A DNA stretch of 64,000 nucleotides, taken from contig CAVOJZ010000002.1 of NCBI GenBank assembly GCA_963696395.1, positions 656,344 through 720,343 on the forward strand. The letters are read 5' to 3'. Source of the stretch: an uncultured bacterium. GTDB lineage: Bacteria > Patescibacteriota > Minisyncoccia > UBA6257 > 2-01-FULL-56-20. A model generated the notes under the pieces. That model was given only the letters and a program-made list of their open reading frames with translations, did no database searches and was not told the DNA's origin. Both the position numbers and the translations under genes were made by a program. This document shows, one piece after another, positions 9,715 to 19,723 of this stretch. The first letter of the stretch is position 1. Each line of letters starts with the position of its first letter.

Positions 9715-11418
9715 ATGCCTTCTTCGACGACAGAACTCATAAAGAGCAAGCTCGACGTTGTTGATTTTCTGCGCGGCTATTTAACGCTCACGCCGGCCGG
9801 CAGGAACTTTAAGGCGCTGTGCCCGTTCCATCACGAAAAATCGCCTTCCTTTATGGTATCGCCCGACCGGCAGTCGTGGCATTGTTTTGGCTGCAGTTTA
9901 GGCGGCGACATTTTCACTTTTATTATGCGGTATGAAAATTTGGAATTCGGTGAAGCCATGCGGATGCTTGCCGAGAAAGCCGGCGTGGAGTTGCGCCATG
10001 AGAATCCCGCAGAGTACCGCTATAGCGGATTGCTCTACGACCTGAATGAGCAGGCGAAAAATTATTATCGCAAAGCGCTCGCCGCTGCACCTGTGGCAAA
10101 AAAATATTTGGATGAGCGTGGATTAAAACCGGAGACGATTGAAACGTTTGAAATCGGCTGGGCCCCGAACGAGCCCGAAGGCCTTTCAATGTTCCTGCTT
10201 AATTCCGGCAACGCGCCGCAGGACCTTATCCAGGCCGGCCTCTCTATTAAAACCGAGCGGGGATTGATGCTCGATCGGTTCCGCGGGCGCATCATGTTCC
10301 CGATTCACAATCATCTTGGCAAGGTGGTCGGATTTACGGGACGCATCCTGCCCCAGCTCGACCGCGGCGATATGGGCAAATATGTAAACAGCCCCGAAAC
10401 CGCGATTTTCCAAAAATCAAAACTGCTCTACGGTTTTTGGAAAAGCAAAGATTCCATCCGTGAGGCGAAGACCGCAGTCCTCATGGAAGGGCAGATGGAT
10501 TTTTTAATGAGTTACCAATCGGGGCTTACGAATGTCGTTGCGAGTTCCGGAACGGCGCTCACGGGCGACCATCTGCGCGTTATTCATCGGCTCGCCGAAG
10601 AAATCGTTTTGTGTTTCGACAGTGATGTTGCCGGAGCCGACGCGGCGGAACGGGCGATTGACCTTGCCGAAGCGAACGATTTCAGCGTGAAGATTGCAAC
10701 ATTCAAAGATTTTAAAGATGCCGCCGACGCGGCGAAAGCCGATCCTGAAAATGTGAAGAAAACGATTTCCGCCGCAGTGCAGGCGCCGTTATTTTATTTT
10801 GCAAAATATTTGCCCGAAGACGTTGCGGAGCTCAAGACGCGCGAAGGCCTCCACAAACTTCGGGCCGTACTTGGCAAGCTGAAGATCATTGCAAGCCCCG
10901 TCGAACGCGGCTTTTGGTTCGCCGATCTTGCAAGGCGCACCGGCATCAACGAAAGGACGCTTCAGGAGGAAGCCGAAAAAGCTGCGGTTATGGGAATCCC
11001 CGTGAACGCCCGGAAAGAAGAGGAAGTTGCCAAGCGCCAGATTTCGCGCCAGGATCGGTTGTGCGAACAGCTGCTCGTTGCGGCATTTGCAAAAAATAAT
11101 TTTGATCTCATCGAAGATTGCGTGCCCTATTTTAAGCCGGCGCAGAAAGAGGTGTATCGCATCCTAAAGGACGGCAAGAAGCGGAGCGAGGATCCATCGC
11201 TTGATGAAGTGGTCGGGCTTGTGGTCCTCGGTGCATCAAGCGAAATGAGCGACGAGGAAATCGCCGCGCTCAAGGCTGAGCTTGCGAAAGAGTATTATAA
11301 AGACCGCCGACAGATCCTCGCGATGGCCATCAAAAATGCCGAAGCCAAGGGAAACGAGCCGGAGTTAAAAGCCGCTCTCATGGAACTGAACGACCTGCCA
11401 TTCACTCCTGAAGGGTAG
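9715..11418 (+). CDS. dnaG: DNA primase
   Basis: CPFHHEKSPSF zinc finger, DRFRGRIMFPI, KYVNSPET, TOPRIM EGQMD/FDSDVAG. Confidence 0.97.
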   Translation: MPSSTTELIKSKLDVVDFLRGYLTLTPAGRNFKALCPFHHEKSPSFMVSPDRQSWHCFGCSLGGDIFTFIMRYENLEFGEAMRMLAEKAGVELRHENPAEYRYSGLLYDLNEQAKNYYRKALAAAPVAKKYLDERGLKPETIETFEIGWAPNEPEGLSMFLLNSGNAPQDLIQAGLSIKTERGLMLDRFRGRIMFPIHNHLGKVVGFTGRILPQLDRGDMGKYVNSPETAIFQKSKLLYGFWKSKDSIREAKTAVLMEGQMDFLMSYQSGLTNVVASSGTALTGDHLRVIHRLAEEIVLCFDSDVAGADAAERAIDLAEANDFSVKIATFKDFKDAADAAKADPENVKKTISAAVQAPLFYFAKYLPEDVAELKTREGLHKLRAVLGKLKIIASPVERGFWFADLARRTGINERTLQEEAEKAAVMGIPVNARKEEEVAKRQISRQDRLCEQLLVAAFAKNNFDLIEDCVPYFKPAQKEVYRILKDGKKRSEDPSLDEVVGLVVLGASSEMSDEEIAALKAELAKEYYKDRRQILAMAIKNAEAKGNEPELKAALMELNDLPFTPEG

Positions 11419-11451
11419 GTATACTTGCGTTTTTGTAAGAAATAAAGAATA

Positions 11452-12702
11452 ATGAGGTATCAATTAATGTCCCCGAAAGCGCGCAAAGCGAAGGCCAAAC
11501 GTTCTCCTCGCATGAATCGAAAAACTTTGAAAAAGAAGTCGGGTAAAGTCCGCGTAAAAAAAGTTGCGCGGGTTAAGGCTGCAAAGAAGAAGGTAAAGCC
11601 GCTTTCGAAGCTCGATAAAAGCATCAAAGTTCATGCCGGGGAAATCAATGAGCTCATTGAACGCGGCCGCCCGCGCGGCTTCGTGACCGACAACGAGATC
11701 CTCTATTATTTCCCGAAGATCGAAGACAACGTCGGCCTCCTGGATGAAATTTATGACCGTCTCGAAAAGGCGGGTATTAAGGTTATCGAAACGAGCGCCC
11801 TCATCGATTTTTCCAAGGACGACGACAGTCGGAACATGGACGACTCCATGGCATTCGAAGGCGATGTGCCCGACGCCGTACAGATGTACTTAAAAGAGAT
11901 TGGTAAAACGCCGCTCCTCTCAAAAGACGAAGAGCGAGAGCTCGCGAAGCGTGCCGAGAAAGGCGATGAAGAAGCGCGCCAGCGTTTGATGAAGGCTAAC
12001 CTTCGTCTCGTGGTTTCGATTGCGAAGCGATATGTAAACCGAACGCCGCATCTTTCAATTCTCGATTTAATTCAGGAAGGGAACATCGGCCTTTCGCGTG
12101 CCGTCGAAAAATTCGACTACCGCCGCGGTTTCAAGTTTTCAACATACGCCACGTGGTGGATCAGGCAGGCGATCACGCGTGCCCTGGCGGACCAGTCGCG
12201 CACAGTGCGCATCCCGGTGCACATGGTGGAAACCATTTCAAAGTATACGCAGGTCCGCCGTCAGCTCATCCAGGAACTCGGTCGCGACCCGCTCGCAGAA
12301 GAGCTTGCCGCCGAGATGGGTATTGATGTTGATAAGGTGCGCCACATCCAAAAGATTTCACAGGAGGTGTTGTCTATTGAAACGCCGATCGGCGACGAAG
12401 AGGATTCAACCCTGTCCGATTTTATTCCCGACGAAAAGAACGCAACGCCATCCCAGCTCACGGCCCGTGCCATGCTTCGCGACCTCATTAAAGAGATCAT
12501 GATTGACCTCACCGAGCGCGAACAGCAGATTTTGAAAATGCGCTTTGGCCTCGATGACGGCATCAGCCATACGCTCGAAGAAGTAGGCAAAGCATTTGGC
12601 GTCACGCGCGAACGTATCCGCCAGATCGAAGCAAAGGCGCTCGAGAAAATTCGCGAACACGGTAAAGCGGCAGCGCTCGAAGGTTTTGAGAATCTGGCAT
12701 AG
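11452..12702 (+). CDS. rpoD: RNA polymerase primary sigma factor
   Basis: [61 protein letters not shown]. Follows dnaG. Start could be 11467. Confidence 0.97.
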   Translation: MRYQLMSPKARKAKAKRSPRMNRKTLKKKSGKVRVKKVARVKAAKKKVKPLSKLDKSIKVHAGEINELIERGRPRGFVTDNEILYYFPKIEDNVGLLDEIYDRLEKAGIKVIETSALIDFSKDDDSRNMDDSMAFEGDVPDAVQMYLKEIGKTPLLSKDEERELAKRAEKGDEEARQRLMKANLRLVVSIAKRYVNRTPHLSILDLIQEGNIGLSRAVEKFDYRRGFKFSTYATWWIRQAITRALADQSRTVRIPVHMVETISKYTQVRRQLIQELGRDPLAEELAAEMGIDVDKVRHIQKISQEVLSIETPIGDEEDSTLSDFIPDEKNATPSQLTARAMLRDLIKEIMIDLTEREQQILKMRFGLDDGISHTLEEVGKAFGVTRERIRQIEAKALEKIREHGKAAALEGFENLA

Positions 12703-12748
12703 CACGTGGATAAAAAAATCTGCCGCGCCAGTTGGTAGCTTGGCAGAT

Positions 12749-12988
12749 TTAGGCTTGCGGAAGGCGGGGGACGATTTTGCGGGACTTCACAAAATCCCTA
12801 TCCAGGACCTCGAAAAGCAATTCCCAGAAAGCCACCTCTCTTTTGCATGTTCCACATGTTTTGACATGCTCTCCGATAGATTTTGACAGTTCCGGAGGCA
12901 GCCGCTTGGTGGCATAGTCTATCAGAAAATCTTCGAGCGCCGCACACGAACTGTAGTCGTCGCGGCATTCCATCGGGTCTTCGGACAT
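12749..12988 (-). CDS. zf-HC2 (ZAS anti-sigma-like) zinc-finger protein
   Basis: C...EDFLIDY....L.......EHVKTCGTC (HxxxCxxC); AAGGAGG RBS upstream. Confidence 0.7.
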   Translation of the reverse strand: MSEDPMECRDDYSSCAALEDFLIDYATKRLPPELSKSIGEHVKTCGTCKREVAFWELLFEVLDRDFVKSRKIVPRLPQA

Positions 12989-13088
12989 CGGATCCTCCTT
13001 GTGCTTCCCTTGTTGTACACCGCTATGGCATTTGAGTCAATTGGAAAAAACCCGGTACCTCGCGTAGTATAAATAGTGATAAATTATC

Positions 13089-14891
13089 ATGTCTTCAGAA
13101 GAGATCCGAAAAAAATTCCTCGAATTTTTCGCCAGCTACGGCCATGCGGTCGTGCCGTCCTCGTCTTTGATCCCCGACGATCCGTCGGTGCTTTTGACGA
13201 CCGCCGGCATGCAGCAGTTCAAAAAATATTATACCGGCGAATTGAACGCGCTTGCGGATTTTAAAGATAACAAGGGAAAGCCGACCCTGAGTACGGCCTC
13301 GGTGCAGAAATCATTCCGGACATCGGACATTGATGAAGTGGGGGATGAAACCCACCTCACTTTCTTTGAGATGCTCGGAAATTTTTCGTTTGGCGGATAT
13401 TGGAAAGAAGAAGCAATCAGATACGCCTACGAATTTATCACAAGCCCAAAGTGGATGGGGCTTGAAATTTCATATGTGACCGTATTCCAAGGTTCGGACG
13501 TTGTCCCGAAGGACGAGGAATCAAAGTATATTTGGAAATCGCTCGATCCGAACCTCATTATTAAAGAGGAGGGTATGGAAGATGTTTTTTGGGGACCAAC
13601 CGGAACGTCCGGTCCGTGCGGGCCGACGACCGAGATTTATTGCAAAAATGCAGCTGGTAAAGACGTGGAAATTTGGAATATCGTCTTCAATGAATTTTTG
13701 TGCAGCGGGTCACGGGAAGAACTGCTTTCCGGTACGGCAAAACTTACGCCCCTCAAAACAAAAGGCATCGATACAGGTATGGGCCTCGAGCGGCTTGCGA
13801 TGATTGCGCAAAAAAAGAAAAATATTTTCGAAACGGATTTGTTTGAGCCCCTTATCACGAGGATTCCAGATCGCTATACGGGGAAAGATGGAATAATGCA
13901 ATTACAGCAGCAGAGGGTTTTCGCCGATCACGTCAGAGCAATTTCATTTTTAATTTCTGATGGAATCCAGCCATCCAATAAGGGCGCCGGCTATGTACTG
14001 AGAAGGCTTATGAGGCGGCTCATGGCCTATGAAGAGATGTATAAGATATCGCCCGATGTTTTTGCTTCACTTGTCGCCGAAACGGTAGATAGATATGGAA
14101 GTTTTTATAACGGGCTAAATAATAGCCTGGACACTATTAACACGACTACGTATGAAGAGCGGAAAAAGTTCAAAGAAACACTCGGACGCGGGATGAAAGA
14201 AATGAGTAAGATGCCAGCAGTTACTTCGAGTGATGCTTTCATGCTCTATCAAACATATGGCATGCCTTTTGAGGTAATAAAGGAGCTCGACCCCCATAAA
14301 TCAAAAAATCTCACGCGTGCCGATTTCGATGCCGAATTCAAGAAGCACCAGGAGCTTTCCCGCGCCGGAGCCGAAAAGAAGTTTGGCGGACACGGGCTCA
14401 TCCTCGACACGGGAGAATTGAAAGCCGCCAATCAGGAGGAATTAAATAAAGTTTTGCAGCTCCACACTTCCACGCATCTGCTCCAGCAGGCGCTTCGGGA
14501 GGTGCTTGGTCCGGATGTGCACCAGGCCGGATCGGACATTACCCCCGAGCGGACGCGATTCGATTTTTCATTCGAGCGCAAGCTGACGTCCGAGGAAATC
14601 AGGAAAGTTGAGGATTTGGTTAACGAAAAGATAAAAGAAGACCTGCCGATGCAATTCAAAGAAATGCCGAAAGATGAAGCGGAAAAAATCGGCGCGCTGC
14701 ATTTCTTTAAAGAGCGATACCCTGATCCGGTTAAGGTTTATTTTGTCGGGAAAGATCTGAAAAGCGCATGGAGTAAAGAATTCTGCGGCGGCCCGCACGT
14801 GACACGCACGGGGGAAATCGGGCATTTTAAGATTGCGAAAGAGGAGGCGGTGGGTGCCGGTGTCCGCCGCATCCGTGGGATCGTGGAGTAG
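13089..14891 (+). CDS. alaS: Alanine--tRNA ligase (short form)
   Basis: TTAGMQQFK, HLTFFEMLGNFSFG, IDTGMGLER, editing domain HTSTHLL...EFCGGPHV. Ends at GVRRIRG with no C-Ala domain. Confidence 0.96.
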   Translation: MSSEEIRKKFLEFFASYGHAVVPSSSLIPDDPSVLLTTAGMQQFKKYYTGELNALADFKDNKGKPTLSTASVQKSFRTSDIDEVGDETHLTFFEMLGNFSFGGYWKEEAIRYAYEFITSPKWMGLEISYVTVFQGSDVVPKDEESKYIWKSLDPNLIIKEEGMEDVFWGPTGTSGPCGPTTEIYCKNAAGKDVEIWNIVFNEFLCSGSREELLSGTAKLTPLKTKGIDTGMGLERLAMIAQKKKNIFETDLFEPLITRIPDRYTGKDGIMQLQQQRVFADHVRAISFLISDGIQPSNKGAGYVLRRLMRRLMAYEEMYKISPDVFASLVAETVDRYGSFYNGLNNSLDTINTTTYEERKKFKETLGRGMKEMSKMPAVTSSDAFMLYQTYGMPFEVIKELDPHKSKNLTRADFDAEFKKHQELSRAGAEKKFGGHGLILDTGELKAANQEELNKVLQLHTSTHLLQQALREVLGPDVHQAGSDITPERTRFDFSFERKLTSEEIRKVEDLVNEKIKEDLPMQFKEMPKDEAEKIGALHFFKERYPDPVKVYFVGKDLKSAWSKEFCGGPHVTRTGEIGHFKIAKEEAVGAGVRRIRGIVE

Positions 14892-14925
14892 GCTCCGGCG
14901 GATTTTAATGTGTTAGAATTGGAGA

Positions 14926-16083
14926 GTGAAGAAGGAAAAATTCCTCATCCTTGAGATACTGCCCAGCGGTGCGAATGGATTATTTTTGACCGTGCGCGAA
15001 GACCGCACGATCGAACTCGAAAAATTTGTCGGCAATATCAACCTGAAGAAATTTTTGCGGACGCCCCTGCGGCGCGTTACGCAAAAAGCGTGGGAAGGGG
15101 AATACCTTTTTAAATCGCATCGCAAAGTGATTGCGACCGCCGACTCCAAGCTTGCAACCACGATACCTCTGCCGCTCGACCTTCCGAGGGAACGAGCCGA
15201 TGTAAAATTTGAAATAACCCTCCCTGAACTTGAAAACCTCATCGCGCAGGCGATGGGGAAAATTTTTAACCAGTGCCGGAGCGAAGCGGCAAAGCGGCTG
15301 AATATCCATGAGCTCGATACCATTCTTGTCGGCGCCAAAGCGAGGAACTTTAAGGTTGACGGAAAGTCGGTGGTGAACCCTGCGGGCTTCACCGGAAAAA
15401 AGATATCGCTCGTGCTCGAGATGCGGTTCACGACCCGGGCGATGTTTGAAGACCTCAAACCTTTCTTTAATGCCCCCGACGATTTCTTTTTCACCGAGGG
15501 GCCACAAACCAGGCTCTTTTCGATAGCCCGGACACGGAAATTGCCGCTCAATCTTATCATCGCCGAAGAAGGCGACGCGGCGGTGTATGTTTTGCAGGAT
15601 ACAAAAGACGGCCACCCCGTGCTCTATCGCGAGAAACTTGGTTGGGATTTTCACAATCTTATCCGTAATATCGCGACCGAACTGCACGTGAGCACGAGCG
15701 TCGCCCATGATTTATATGAACAATATCGGGCCCGGACGATGTCAGAATCGGCGGCGCGGGCTTTCAAGAAGATTCTTGATCCCGCGGTCGACGATTTTTT
15801 TGAGGCTCTGGCGAAGAAAAACATACGCGGATTTGTATATATAGATGCGGATCATGATCTGCCGTTTGAGCTCCCGCACCGGGTGCATGGCGCGACGGTT
15901 GAAGCGATGCCGATCGGGGAGATACTCGAAGCTTTGGATTTTCCCCGGGAGGCCGCCGACAGCCGCCTGTCGCAGAGAATTCTTTCGCGGCACCTCCTGC
16001 CGTTTCTCGAAGCTTATTTCGATAAGAGCAACTCCGACATCAACCAAAAACTGCGGCGGCGCCTGCATTGGCTCTTAAACTAG
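14926..16083 (+). CDS. Hypothetical protein, divergent FtsA/actin-like fold suspected
   Basis: FKVDGKSVVNPAGFTGKKI resembles the FtsA 1C segment (vDg..i.nP.Gm.G). IATELHVSTSVAHDL resembles the FtsA helix. ATP motifs are degenerate. Confidence 0.5.
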   Translation: MKKEKFLILEILPSGANGLFLTVREDRTIELEKFVGNINLKKFLRTPLRRVTQKAWEGEYLFKSHRKVIATADSKLATTIPLPLDLPRERADVKFEITLPELENLIAQAMGKIFNQCRSEAAKRLNIHELDTILVGAKARNFKVDGKSVVNPAGFTGKKISLVLEMRFTTRAMFEDLKPFFNAPDDFFFTEGPQTRLFSIARTRKLPLNLIIAEEGDAAVYVLQDTKDGHPVLYREKLGWDFHNLIRNIATELHVSTSVAHDLYEQYRARTMSESAARAFKKILDPAVDDFFEALAKKNIRGFVYIDADHDLPFELPHRVHGATVEAMPIGEILEALDFPREAADSRLSQRILSRHLLPFLEAYFDKSNSDINQKLRRRLHWLLN

Positions 16084-16101
16084 TGTGTTATAATTTTATA
16101 G

Positions 16102-17793
16102 ATGAAAAAAATCGTTGTTGATAAATCAGAAGATATCGCCGAAGTCATCGACCGCATTTTGGGTGAATCGGATGATGACATCACGCTCGTAATCCCCAAA
16201 AGTTCCGCACTCGGTAAATCGGTGCGGAATTTCAATCTTTTGAAGCGCGAAATGGAAAGCGCGGACAAGACGATCGTCATTGAATCGGTTGACGACACCA
16301 TCCTCGCTTTTGCAAAACAGGCGGGCGTCGAAGCAAGCCATCCGCTATGGAAGAGCGTTCGGGGCAGCGGCGGTTTTTCCGATATAGTACCCAAGAGCGA
16401 AGCCGTGAGCGAAGAAGCAGACGAAGAGCCCGTAAAGAAACCGTCGCGCTCAAAGAAAACCGAATCGGAACCGATCAAGCTGAAGATTCACGAAGAAGAG
16501 GTAGTTGAGGCGAGTGTCACATCCGATGAGGGCGAAACCAAAGAAGAGATCGCCGCGGAGACTTCGATCGAGCAAAACCGTTTTTTCAAAAAGACTTCGT
16601 TCGAGCGTGCAGAAAGCGACGATGAAGACGATGACGAGGATAATAGAAGCCGCATCCCCGCGAAAGCATGGTGGACTATCGTCGCGATTCTTGCTGCCGT
16701 GGGCATCGTTGTCTACGTCCTCACGGTTTTCTGGAATCGGGCCGATATAACCATCGACTTTAAACAGACACCGTGGACCTATCAGAGCAATTTCGTAGCC
16801 GACAAATCAGTTTCGGCGATCGACGCCGTGAACAACACCATTCCGGCGCAGATTTTCACATCAAACAAGAACATAACCGAAACCTTCGCCGCTTCATCGT
16901 TCCAAAATGTTTCACAGAAAGCGCAGGGGATCATAACCATTTATAACGCGTACAATTCTTCGCCGCAGGAGCTCGTGGCAACCACGCGCTTCGTAACGCC
17001 GGACGGAAAAATATTCCGGCTCACAAACACGATAACCGTGCCGGGAGCCAAAGTGGTGAACGGGCAGATAACGCCTTCCACGATCGACGCTCCGATCGTA
17101 GCTGACCAGCCCGGTCCGGATTATAACGTCGGTCCCGTCGCGCATCTTTCCGTCCCCGGATTCCAAAAAGACGCCGCGCGGTACAACGGCTTCTACGGAT
17201 CTATTGCCAGCTCAACTTCGGGTGGCTACATTGGCAAGAAAGCGGTTCCAACAGCGGCTGACATAACCGCTGCGAAGGCTTCGACGACGGCCATCCTGCA
17301 GGCCGGGCTTGCGAGCGGATTCACAACTACCTACCCAGGCAATTTCAAGATTTTGGACGGCGCAACAACCTATCAGATTTCAAAAATGATAGTCAGCACG
17401 ACAACGGACGCCAACGGAAACTTCACGGTCTTCGGCCAGGCGACGATGGAGGCAATCGGGTTCGACGAGGGAGCATTAAAAAATTATTTACTATCGCTTG
17501 CGCAAACAGAGGAAAGCAATTCGGTTTTTTCCTCTCTGAATATCGATTACGCGAGCGTTCAGGCGAATTTCACGGCGGGTCAGGTTAAATTCTCGCTCAC
17601 CGGCCAGGGCGAGCTTGAACCGGCATTTTCACCGACCGAATTCACCGCAAGTATCATCGGTAAAAGTATCGCCGACGCCCGTAGTACCATCCTTGGATTG
17701 CCGAATTTATCCGATGGCAAGATCTCCGTTTGGCCGCTCTGGCTCTGGAGTATCCCCTCGGACCCCAATAAAGTGCACGTTACCGCCCATTAG
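16102..17793 (+). CDS. Membrane-anchored baseplate J/gp47-like family protein
   Basis: Acidic cytoplasmic N-region, one TM, then KAQGIITIYN...LVATTRF...A.QPGPDYN, a pattern typical of the CPR baseplate-J-like proteins. Confidence 0.6.
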   Translation: MKKIVVDKSEDIAEVIDRILGESDDDITLVIPKSSALGKSVRNFNLLKREMESADKTIVIESVDDTILAFAKQAGVEASHPLWKSVRGSGGFSDIVPKSEAVSEEADEEPVKKPSRSKKTESEPIKLKIHEEEVVEASVTSDEGETKEEIAAETSIEQNRFFKKTSFERAESDDEDDDEDNRSRIPAKAWWTIVAILAAVGIVVYVLTVFWNRADITIDFKQTPWTYQSNFVADKSVSAIDAVNNTIPAQIFTSNKNITETFAASSFQNVSQKAQGIITIYNAYNSSPQELVATTRFVTPDGKIFRLTNTITVPGAKVVNGQITPSTIDAPIVADQPGPDYNVGPVAHLSVPGFQKDAARYNGFYGSIASSTSGGYIGKKAVPTAADITAAKASTTAILQAGLASGFTTTYPGNFKILDGATTYQISKMIVSTTTDANGNFTVFGQATMEAIGFDEGALKNYLLSLAQTEESNSVFSSLNIDYASVQANFTAGQVKFSLTGQGELEPAFSPTEFTASIIGKSIADARSTILGLPNLSDGKISVWPLWLWSIPSDPNKVHVTAH

Positions 17794-17823
17794 TTGACAA
17801 AAAACGGGGGTTCGGCTTATAAT
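17794..17823 (+). promoter_or_regulatory. sigma70 promoter of the infA/alpha operon
   Basis: TTGACA-18 nt-TATAAT. Confidence 0.8.
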
Positions 17824-17878
17824 CTCCTTACCGCATCAAATCGCCTTATTCGCACTTAATGAACGAGCAACTCAGCTA

Positions 17879-18088
17879 ATGGAGAAAGAAGCGGCGAAAG
17901 GAGGTCGGGTGATCGAGGCCCTGCCGGGCTTGATGTTTCGGGTCACAATGAATGAAACGGGAACGGAGATTCTCGCTCATTTGGCGGGTAAAATGAAGAT
18001 CAACAACATTCGAGTTTTGCCCGGCGACCAGGTACTCGTGGAACTTTCCCCGGACGGTGCGCGGGGAAGAATCGTTCGTCGGTTGTAA
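17879..18088 (+). CDS. infA: Translation initiation factor IF-1
   Basis: [14 protein letters not shown]...AHLAGKMK...IRVLPGD.V.VELSP..RGRIV.R. Confidence 0.96.
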   Translation: MEKEAAKGGRVIEALPGLMFRVTMNETGTEILAHLAGKMKINNIRVLPGDQVLVELSPDGARGRIVRRL

Positions 18089-18104
18089 GCCATGATTCAC
18101 TATT

Positions 18105-18218
18105 ATGAAAGTACGAAGCTCCATCAAAAAGATGTGTGCCAGCTGCCAAATCGTCAAACGAAAGGGCAAGCTTTACGTACGCTGTAAAAATCCCAAACAT
18201 AAACAACGGCAAGGATAA
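18105..18218 (+). CDS. rpmJ: 50S ribosomal protein L36
   Basis: Read manually, not in the ORF track: [37 protein letters not shown]. Confidence 0.97.
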   Translation: MKVRSSIKKMCASCQIVKRKGKLYVRCKNPKHKQRQG

Positions 18219-18224
18219 GAAACC

Positions 18225-18608
18225 ATGCGTATCTTCGGCGTAAACATTCCTGACAATAAGAGAATTGAAGTGGCGCTCACCTATCTTTATGGCGTCGGCG
18301 ATTCCGTGAGCAAGAAAGCGCTCACAGCCGCGAAAGTTGATTTCGATAAACGGGCGAAGGATCTCACTGCCGATGAAATTTTGCATATCCAGAACTTCCT
18401 CGAAAAAAGTTTTCCGGTGGAAGGAGAGTTGCGCCAGCTCATCAAGCGCAACATTAATAGACTGAAAGAGCTGCAGACGTATCGGGGCATGCGCCATGCG
18501 CGGCGCCTTCCGGTGCGCGGCCAGCGGACCCGGACCAATTCACGCACGGTGCGCGGCAACGTCCGCAAGACGGCGGGCAGCGGCAAACGGAAAGTTGACC
18601 TCAAATAA
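18225..18608 (+). CDS. rpsM: 30S ribosomal protein S13
   Basis: ALTYLYGVG...YRGMRH..RLPVRGQRTRTNSRT. Confidence 0.97.
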   Translation: MRIFGVNIPDNKRIEVALTYLYGVGDSVSKKALTAAKVDFDKRAKDLTADEILHIQNFLEKSFPVEGELRQLIKRNINRLKELQTYRGMRHARRLPVRGQRTRTNSRTVRGNVRKTAGSGKRKVDLK

Positions 18609-18614
18609 ATAACC

Positions 18615-19073
18615 ATGGGAAAGAAAAAAGTCACAACTCAATCAGGGGATGCACCGGCGAAAGACGCGAAGGCCGTAGAAACGGCGGCTGCAAAGCCGGC
18701 GGTTTCGGCTGGCCGCAAGTCGCGCCGCGTCCAGGAAGGCAAAGTGTACGTGAACGCCTCCTATAACAACACCGTTGTGACGGTCACCGATACCACGGGC
18801 AACGTTCTCGCCTGGGCTTCGGCCGGTTCGCTCGGATTCGGCGGCCCAAAGAAAGCCACGCCATTTGCGTCATCCAAGGTGATCGCCGCGATTGCGGAGA
18901 AATTGCAAAATAACGGCCCGCAGGATATCGTTGTTATCGTAAAAGGCATCGGCAGCGGCCGCGATTCGGCGATCCGCTCGCTCATCAACCACGGTTTCAA
19001 CATTCTCTCTATTAAAGACCAGACACCGATTCCCCATAACGGCCCGCGACCGCCGAAAGTCCGCCGCGTTTAA
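18615..19073 (+). CDS. rpsK: 30S ribosomal protein S11
   Basis: ASYNNTVVT...WASAGSLGF...KKATPFA...TPIPHNGPRPPK.RRV. Confidence 0.97.
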   Translation: MGKKKVTTQSGDAPAKDAKAVETAAAKPAVSAGRKSRRVQEGKVYVNASYNNTVVTVTDTTGNVLAWASAGSLGFGGPKKATPFASSKVIAAIAEKLQNNGPQDIVVIVKGIGSGRDSAIRSLINHGFNILSIKDQTPIPHNGPRPPKVRRV

Positions 19074-19087
19074 CCTATTTTATTATC

Positions 19088-19705
19088 ATGCACGGACCTA
19101 AAGAAAAACGAGAACGAGCATTGGGCGTACGCCTTGGTTTGAAGGGCGACCGTGCCATGTCTCCAAAATCATCGGTCGTACGCAAGCCCTATAAGCCGGG
19201 CGTACATGGTCCGCGCTCACGACAGCGCGCGCTTTCCGAATTCGGCCTTCAGCTCCGCGAGAAGAGCAAGTTCAAGATCAGCTACGGCGTGAACGACGGC
19301 AACCTGAAACGGTTGTTCGAAAAGGCGCAGATTGCAAAAGGCGCGACCGGAGCGAAGATGCTCGAGTTTTTGGAACGCCGTCTCGACAACGTTGTCTTCC
19401 AGCTCGGCTTCACGGTTTCCCGTGCCGCCGCCCGCCAGCTCGTTGTTCAGGGACACATCGCCGTAAATAAAAAGAATGTGAAATCACCGGGCTACGAAGT
19501 GCGCAAGGGTGACATAATCGCCATCCGCAAAACATCGCTCGCAAAAGCCGGCCTTGGCAAGCGCAAAGAATTTCTCATGAAATATGAAGCCCCATCCTGG
19601 CTTCGGGTCGATGCCGAGAAAATGGAAGGGGAAGTGCTTTCGCTCCCAACGGATACCAACCCGCCTTTCGAAATCAATTTATTGGTCGAATCATTCTCTA
19701 AATAA
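19088..19705 (+). CDS. rpsD: 30S ribosomal protein S4
   Basis: SEFGLQLREK...LERRLDNVVF..GF..SR.AARQLV. Confidence 0.96.
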   Translation: MHGPKEKRERALGVRLGLKGDRAMSPKSSVVRKPYKPGVHGPRSRQRALSEFGLQLREKSKFKISYGVNDGNLKRLFEKAQIAKGATGAKMLEFLERRLDNVVFQLGFTVSRAAARQLVVQGHIAVNKKNVKSPGYEVRKGDIIAIRKTSLAKAGLGKRKEFLMKYEAPSWLRVDAEKMEGEVLSLPTDTNPPFEINLLVESFSK

Positions 19706-19723
19706 TTATTAAAAATTTATATC

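Noticed and set aside
16102-17793. Prophage or contractile injection system implied by the baseplate-J-like protein
   Set aside because: No sheath, tube, capsid, terminase or integrase genes nearby; the gene sits among core genes.
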